The position numbers were made by a program, and so were the translations under genes. DNA of 64,000 bases from an uncultured Planctomycetaceae bacterium (lineage in GTDB: Bacteria; Planctomycetota; Planctomycetia; Isosphaerales; Isosphaeraceae), in contig CAWIAD010000002.1 in the NCBI GenBank assembly GCA_963833985.1, forward strand, positions 1,440,001 to 1,504,000, given 5' to 3'. The notes below the pieces were generated by a model, which saw only the letters and a program-made list of their open reading frames with translations, did not search any database and was not told where the DNA came from. Shown here one piece after another: positions 58,706 to 64,000 of this stretch; positions within the stretch are counted from its first letter, which is position 1, and each line of letters starts with the position of its first letter.

Positions 58706-58751
58706 AGTGCGGTTTTCTGGCGGGTTGCAGGCAGTACCTGAGTATCGGAGA

Positions 58752-58834
58752 GGGGGGGGCAGACATTCCTGTCTGCCGACATCCCTGTCCGCCAGGGCAG
58801 GCCTGCTCCGGCAGGGAGGAATGCCTGCCCCCCA
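58752..58834. repeat. inverted REP doublet (possible terminator or mRNA stabiliser)
   Basis: GGGGGCAGACATTCCTGTCTGCC...GGCAGGGAGGAATGCCTGCCCCC. Confidence 0.75.
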
Positions 58835-58903
58835 GGTGAAAACCGCCCTGGCTCCCATACCCATACCCAGCCACGACGATCTGTGCGACCGGGGAGATTC
58901 AAC

Positions 58904-60655
58904 ATGAGAACCGTCACGCGTGCCGCGCTGGCTTTGCTGGTGTGCGCGTTCCTGCCTCCCGCCCTCAGGGCCGACGACGATTCCACCGCACCCGCCCGGG
59001 AATCGAAATCCGAGAAGGACGCCCGCATGAAGTGGTGGCGGGAGGCCCGGTTCGGGCTGTTCATCCACTGGGGCATCTACTCGGTTCCCGCCGGGTCCTG
59101 GAACGGCAAGCCGGTGGACGGCATCGGCGAGTGGATCATGCACAACGGCCGCATCCCTGTTGCCGACTACGCGCGGTTCGCCGCGAGGTTCAACCCGGTG
59201 AAGTTTGATGCCGAGCAGTGGGTGCTCACGGCGAAAAATGCCGGCATGAAGTATATCGTCATCACCTCAAAACATCATGACGGATTTGCGATGTTCGCCT
59301 CCAGGGCGAGCACCTACAACATTGTCGACGCCACACCGTTCCACCGCGACCCGCTCAAGGAGCTGGCTGCGGCCTGCCTCAAGCACGGCGTCAAGCTGGG
59401 CTTTTATTACTCGCAGGCCCAGGACTGGCACCACCCCGGCGGCGCCACGTTCGACGGCCACTGGGACAAGGCCCAGGACGGCAGCATGGACGACTACTTG
59501 AAGAAGATCGCCCTGCCGCAGGTTCGCGAGATCCTCTCGAACTACGGGCCGATTGCCGTGCTCTGGTGGGATACCCCGGCGCAGATGACGCGCAACCGCG
59601 CCGCGCAGTTCCTACCGCTGCTGGCCTTGCAGCCGGGCATCATCACCAACAACCGTCTGGGCGGCGGATTCCCGGGCGACACGGAAACGCCCGAGCAATT
59701 CATCCCGCCGACCGGGTTCCCCGGCCGCGACTGGGAAACCTGCATGACGATGAATGACACCTGGGGCTTCAAGTCGAACGACCACAACTGGAAGCCGGCC
59801 GAGATGCTGATCCGTAACCTGGTCGACATCGCCAGCAAGGGCGGCAACTACTTGCTGAACGTGGGGCCGACCTCCGAAGGCGAGATTCCCCAGCCCAGCG
59901 TCGAACGGCTCGCCGCCATCGGCCGCTGGTTGAAGGTCAATGGCGAGGCGATCCACGGCACTTCCGCCAGCCCGTTCAAACGGCTGGCGTGGGGACGATG
60001 CACAGTGCGGCCCGGAAAGCTTTATCTGCACGTCTTCGACTGGCCCGCCGACGGCCGGCTGGTCGTGCCCATGAGCGGCAAGGTCACTGCTGCGTCTCTT
60101 CTGAGCCAGCCGGAGAAGCCGCTCGACGTCACGTCCACGGACGAGGCCGTTGTGATCACGGTTCCCACAAGCCCGCCGGACCCGGTCGCCAGCGTGATCG
60201 TCGCGAGCGTCACGGGCGAGGTCCGCCCGGTCCAGACCGCGCTGGCGCAGGACAAGCAGGGAGCCTTGCGGCTCCTGGCCGACGACGCCGAGATCCACGG
60301 CGCCACGGCGCGAGTGGAGGGAGAGCACCACCGCAACATCGGCTTCTGGACGGACGCTTCGGACAGCGTGAGCTGGGAAGCCAGGATCAGCCGCCCGGGG
60401 ACGTTTCAGGTCGAGGTCGTGCAGGCGTGTCCCGCCGACTCGGCCGGCACCGCGTATACCCTGAGCGCCGGCGGCCAGACGCTCTCGTGCACCGTCGCCC
60501 CGACCGGTGGCTGGCAAGACTACAAGACCGTTGTGCCGGGCCGGCTCAGTTTCGACCATCCGTGCCACGTGACCGTGACGCTGGCCCCCGGCACGCTCAA
60601 GGGCTATGCCGTCATGAACCTGCGTGCCGTGAGCCTGAAACCCGTCACGCCCTGA
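58904..60655 (+). CDS. secreted GH29 alpha-L-fucosidase with C-terminal CBM-like domain
   Basis: WWREARFGLFIHWG, TSKHHDGF, VLWWD, WETCMTMNDTWG, KGGNYLLNVGP. Confidence 0.93.
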   Translation: MRTVTRAALALLVCAFLPPALRADDDSTAPARESKSEKDARMKWWREARFGLFIHWGIYSVPAGSWNGKPVDGIGEWIMHNGRIPVADYARFAARFNPVKFDAEQWVLTAKNAGMKYIVITSKHHDGFAMFASRASTYNIVDATPFHRDPLKELAAACLKHGVKLGFYYSQAQDWHHPGGATFDGHWDKAQDGSMDDYLKKIALPQVREILSNYGPIAVLWWDTPAQMTRNRAAQFLPLLALQPGIITNNRLGGGFPGDTETPEQFIPPTGFPGRDWETCMTMNDTWGFKSNDHNWKPAEMLIRNLVDIASKGGNYLLNVGPTSEGEIPQPSVERLAAIGRWLKVNGEAIHGTSASPFKRLAWGRCTVRPGKLYLHVFDWPADGRLVVPMSGKVTAASLLSQPEKPLDVTSTDEAVVITVPTSPPDPVASVIVASVTGEVRPVQTALAQDKQGALRLLADDAEIHGATARVEGEHHRNIGFWTDASDSVSWEARISRPGTFQVEVVQACPADSAGTAYTLSAGGQTLSCTVAPTGGWQDYKTVVPGRLSFDHPCHVTVTLAPGTLKGYAVMNLRAVSLKPVTP

Positions 60656-60885
60656 ACCGCCCACCCAGCTCCATTCCCCTCCTGGATGTGGCCGGCACGA
60701 CCGGTGGTCTGACCGGCCGCCCTTTTTCGTTGCGCGCCGATGAGCGAACGATCGCCGCGGCGCCGGGCGCGCTCATGAATGGTTCTTCATTGTGGCTGGC
60801 ACGATGATTGCTAACTTTTCCTGCATGCCTCGTGTGTGAGGCCTGGTTTTCTGACGACTTCTGGAAGCGATCAGGGAGCCGGTCC

Positions 60886-61065
60886 ATGAACCTCCTGTGG
60901 TGGGCGTTGATGTCTTTCCTGGTGGCGGCCGTCGGCGGGCTCCTGGGCTTCACGAACGTGGCGTCGGGTGCGTCCAAGGTGGGCCGTGTGCTCTTTGGCA
61001 CCTTCGCACTGATCACCGTCGTGATCGTCTTGCTTGCCGTCATCGGATTCGGGGTGGTCGCCTAG
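60886..61065 (+). CDS. DUF1328 (UPF0391) small membrane protein
   Basis: LLWWALMSFLVAAVGGLLGFTNVA. Confidence 0.85.
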   Translation: MNLLWWALMSFLVAAVGGLLGFTNVASGASKVGRVLFGTFALITVVIVLLAVIGFGVVA

Positions 61066-61103
61066 ACCGGGCAACGGGTGCACGACGCCGGAAAGCGGAG
61101 CCG

Positions 61104-62326
61104 ATGACGGGCGATTCCATGACGGTCAGTGAAGGTGAGCACTCGGTTGGTGCAGCGCTCGACGCTCACACCACGATATTGCGATGGATCGCCGGACTGC
61201 TGACGGCCGGGGCTGCCTGGCTGCTGGCGCCGATCCTGGTGCCTTTCGTGCTGGCGCTTGCCCTGGCCATTGCCCTCTCGCCGCTGACGGTGCGGCTGGA
61301 ACGCATGGGGCTAGGGCGTACCGGTTCAAGCCTGGCTTGCCTGGTGCTGCTGACCGCGGTGCTTCTGCTCACCGCGGGCCTGGTGGGCTATCAGGCCGGG
61401 ACGATCTTGCAGCAATCGGATCGTTACATCGACCGTGTCAGCCACCTGTTTGCCACCGTGACCAGGGTCACCGGGGGAGAGCGGTTGCTTGCTTCCCTGG
61501 GGGCGATCCGGCCGTCGGAAGAGGCGCCCGGCCCCCAGGGCGCCAGCCCGGCCGGGCCGGACGATGACCAGGCGGCTGCGCCGCGGGACAGGCGCAGGAG
61601 GATCTTGCGAACTCGGCCCCGAAGCGTGATCCGGTGGGGTTCTGGAACCGATTCCTGAAGACGAACCTGAGGCTCCTGAGCGGCTGGCTGCTCACCGGGA
61701 TCGGCGGGGTGGTCGGCCTGATCGGTTCCGCGGTGATCTGCCTCTCGTTCCTCTTTTACCTGCTCCAGACGCGCTCGGAGCTGATTGACCGGTTATGGCG
61801 CGTGCTTCTGTTCCTGGGCATGCAGCCGCGCCGCGCCAGCCTGGACCGGGTGCAGAGTACGATCACGGTCTACGGCGGCTTCGTGGTGATGGTGTCGGTC
61901 TGCGGATCGCTGGTCACCGGGACCGCGGCGTGGCTGATCGGTTTGCCGCAACCGTTCCTCTGGGGCCTGCTCTTCGGGCTGCTCGAGTTCGTGCCGTATT
62001 TTGGTCCGTTGATCGGCGGCACTCTGCTGACCTTGGTTTCGCTGACGGCGGGCGAGGGCGGCTGGTGGCAAGCACTCGCGATGCTGGGAGTCATCGTGGC
62101 CTGGCTCACCGTGGAGGGATACGTGATCGCGCCGATGGTCTACGGCCGGGCCGTTCAGTTTGATCCGGTGATGGTGCTGGCGGCAATTCTCTTCTTCGGC
62201 TGGCTCTGGGGACCTTTGGGGATGGTCACGGCGCTGCCGGTCATGGTCTTGCTGCGCGAGCTCGCCACGATTTCGCCCGAGACGCCGGCCATGGAGGCCC
62301 TGATGGCACCGCAGCAGAACGAGTGA
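61104..62326 (+). CDS. AI-2E family transporter (frameshifted at about 61590-61635)
   Basis: PILVPFVLA, GLLEFVPYFGP, FFGWLWGPLG. Confidence 0.85.
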
Positions 62327-62384
62327 GCCGGCCCGCTCCCTGATTCTGGAAAGCAGGCGGACCGCCAGCTCATGGAGTTCACGC

Positions 62385-64000
62385 ATGGCTTTGCGGATCG
62401 AAGATTATGCCCTGATCGGCGACTGTCAAACCGCGGGCCTCGTGGGCCGGGACGGATCGATCGACTGGCTTTGCCTGCCTCGTTTTGATTCCGGAGCGTG
62501 TTTCGCCGCGCTCCTGGGCGGCCCCGGGCATGGCCGATGGCAGATCGCCCCGGCCGGCGCGGTGCGGCGGGTGCGCCGCAGCTACCGCCCCGGCACGCTG
62601 GTCCTGGAAACGGTCTTCGAAACCGAGGACGGCGAGGTAGCCCTCATCGACTTCATGCCCCCGCGTGCCCGGGTGCCGGACCTGATCCGCGTGGTCGAAG
62701 GCCGTCGCGGCCGCGTGCCCATGCACCTGGAGCTGGTGATCCGTTTCGATTACGGCTCCATCGTCCCCTGGGTGAGGCGCCAGGAACGGGGGCTCTCCGC
62801 GGTCGCGGGTCCAGACCGCATTCGCCTGCGGACCGAAGTGCCTCTCAGTGGTGTGGACTACAAGACCGTCGCGGACTTCACCGTGGCGGAAGGTCAACGC
62901 GAGCTCTTCGAGATGCTCTGGCATCCCGCACACGAGCCCGAACCTCCGCAATTCGACGCGCTGCGCGCGCTGGAGGAAACCGAGGGATGGTGGCGCGAGT
63001 GGTCGGCACGCTGCCCGGATGAGGGCGAGTGGACCGACGCGGTCTGCCGGTCGCTGATCACGCTCAAGGCGCTCGACCTACGCGCCGACCGGCGGCCTCG
63101 TGGCGGCCGCGACCACATCGCTTCCGGAAAAACCAGGCGGCGTGCGGAACTGGGACTATCGCTTTTGCTGGCTGCGCGACGCCACGTTCACGCTCATGAC
63201 CCTGTTGCACGCCGGCTACGTGGACGAGGCCCGCTCGTGGCGGGAATGGCTGATCCGCGCCGTGGCCGGAGAGCCATCAAAGATCCAGATCATGTACGGC
63301 CTGGCCGGGGAACGAAGGCTCACCGAGATGGAGATCCCCTGGCTGCCGGGCTACCAGGGCTCCAGCCCCGTGCGCGTGGGCAACGCCGCTTCGGAGCAGT
63401 ATCAACTCGATGTCTACGGCGAGGTCCTGGACGCCCTGCACCAGGGGATCCGGCATGGACTGGAACCGAACGAGGACAGCCGGCGCGTGGCTTCGGGACT
63501 GCTCAGCTTCCTGGAATCGAGCTGGGAAGAGCCTGACGAGGGCATCTGGGAAGTGCGCAGTCAGCGAAGGCAGTTCACCCATTCAAAGATGATGGCCTGG
63601 GTCGCCTTCGACCGGGCAGTAAGGATCGTCGAGCGGCTCAAGGTTGACGCACCTCTCGAACGCTGGCGCGGAGTGCGGGACGAGATCCACGCCCAGGTGT
63701 GCCGCGAGGGTTTTGACCCCGAGCTCGGGGCGTTCGTGCAGTACTACGGCTCCAGGCGACTGGATGCCAGCCTGCTCATGATGCCCCTGGTGGGGTTCTT
63801 GCCAGCCAGCGATCAGCGCGTCCGCGGGACGATCGAGGCCATCGAGCGCGAGCTGCTTACCGGTGGATTCGTACACAGGTATGAACCGGCCCCCGAGGTC
63901 GACGGCTTACCACCCGGTGAGGGCGTCTTTCTCCTCTGCACGTTCTGGCTGGCCGACTGCCTTCACCTGATCGGCCGGGAGGCGGACGCCCGGCGCATCT
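62385..64000 (+). CDS. GH15 glycoside hydrolase (trehalase-like), frameshift near 63075, running off the right edge
   Basis: IEDYALIGD, DWLCLPRFDS; in the shifted frame AAATTSLPE, NWDYRFCWLRD, QLDVYGE, DEGIWEVR. Confidence 0.9.

Noticed and set aside
57353..59143. Long antisense ORFs (596 aa here; also 7054..8724, 41564..43072 and 46992..48551)
   Set aside because: They are shadow frames opposite well-supported genes, as expected from high-GC codon bias.

Overview
GC-rich bacterial window whose gene content and repeats suggest Planctomycetota, probably Isosphaeraceae-like (inference from the PVC-type dehydrogenase-like protein, Uma2, the ISAzo13 transposase and GGCAGACATTCCTGTCTGCC-type REPs). 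About a dozen ordinary genes carry small frameshifts, most likely long-read assembly indels. 4.6-21.3 kb is an accessory, mobile zone. It holds two apparently identical inverted 1353-bp ISAzo13 copies, each splitting a gene with a TAA duplication, and an IS3 element without target duplication that truncates an MmeI-like type IIL R-M gene. It also holds three RAYT-like transposase fragments with several REP/MITE families, a four-unit palindromic array, a broken UPF0175/PIN toxin-antitoxin pair and a same-strand run of small orphan genes separated by attC-like hairpins with no integrase in view. 21-39 kb has a patatin, DUF4105, GH63, a BASS transporter, ldhA, an internally deleted pfk and yhiI-rbbA-yhhJ. 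40-64 kb is a sugar-utilisation region: a sugar porter, AraC/AKR/Zn-dehydrogenase, two GH29 enzymes, GH15 and a XylR-type regulator divergent from a galT / L-arabinokinase-like kinase / atypical phosphomutase / galE operon. The best candidates for novelty are that operon (a possible pentose Leloir-type pathway), an orphan double-glycine-leader peptide at 49927-50133 and the attC-like array. All family calls come from motif recognition by eye; no searches were run.
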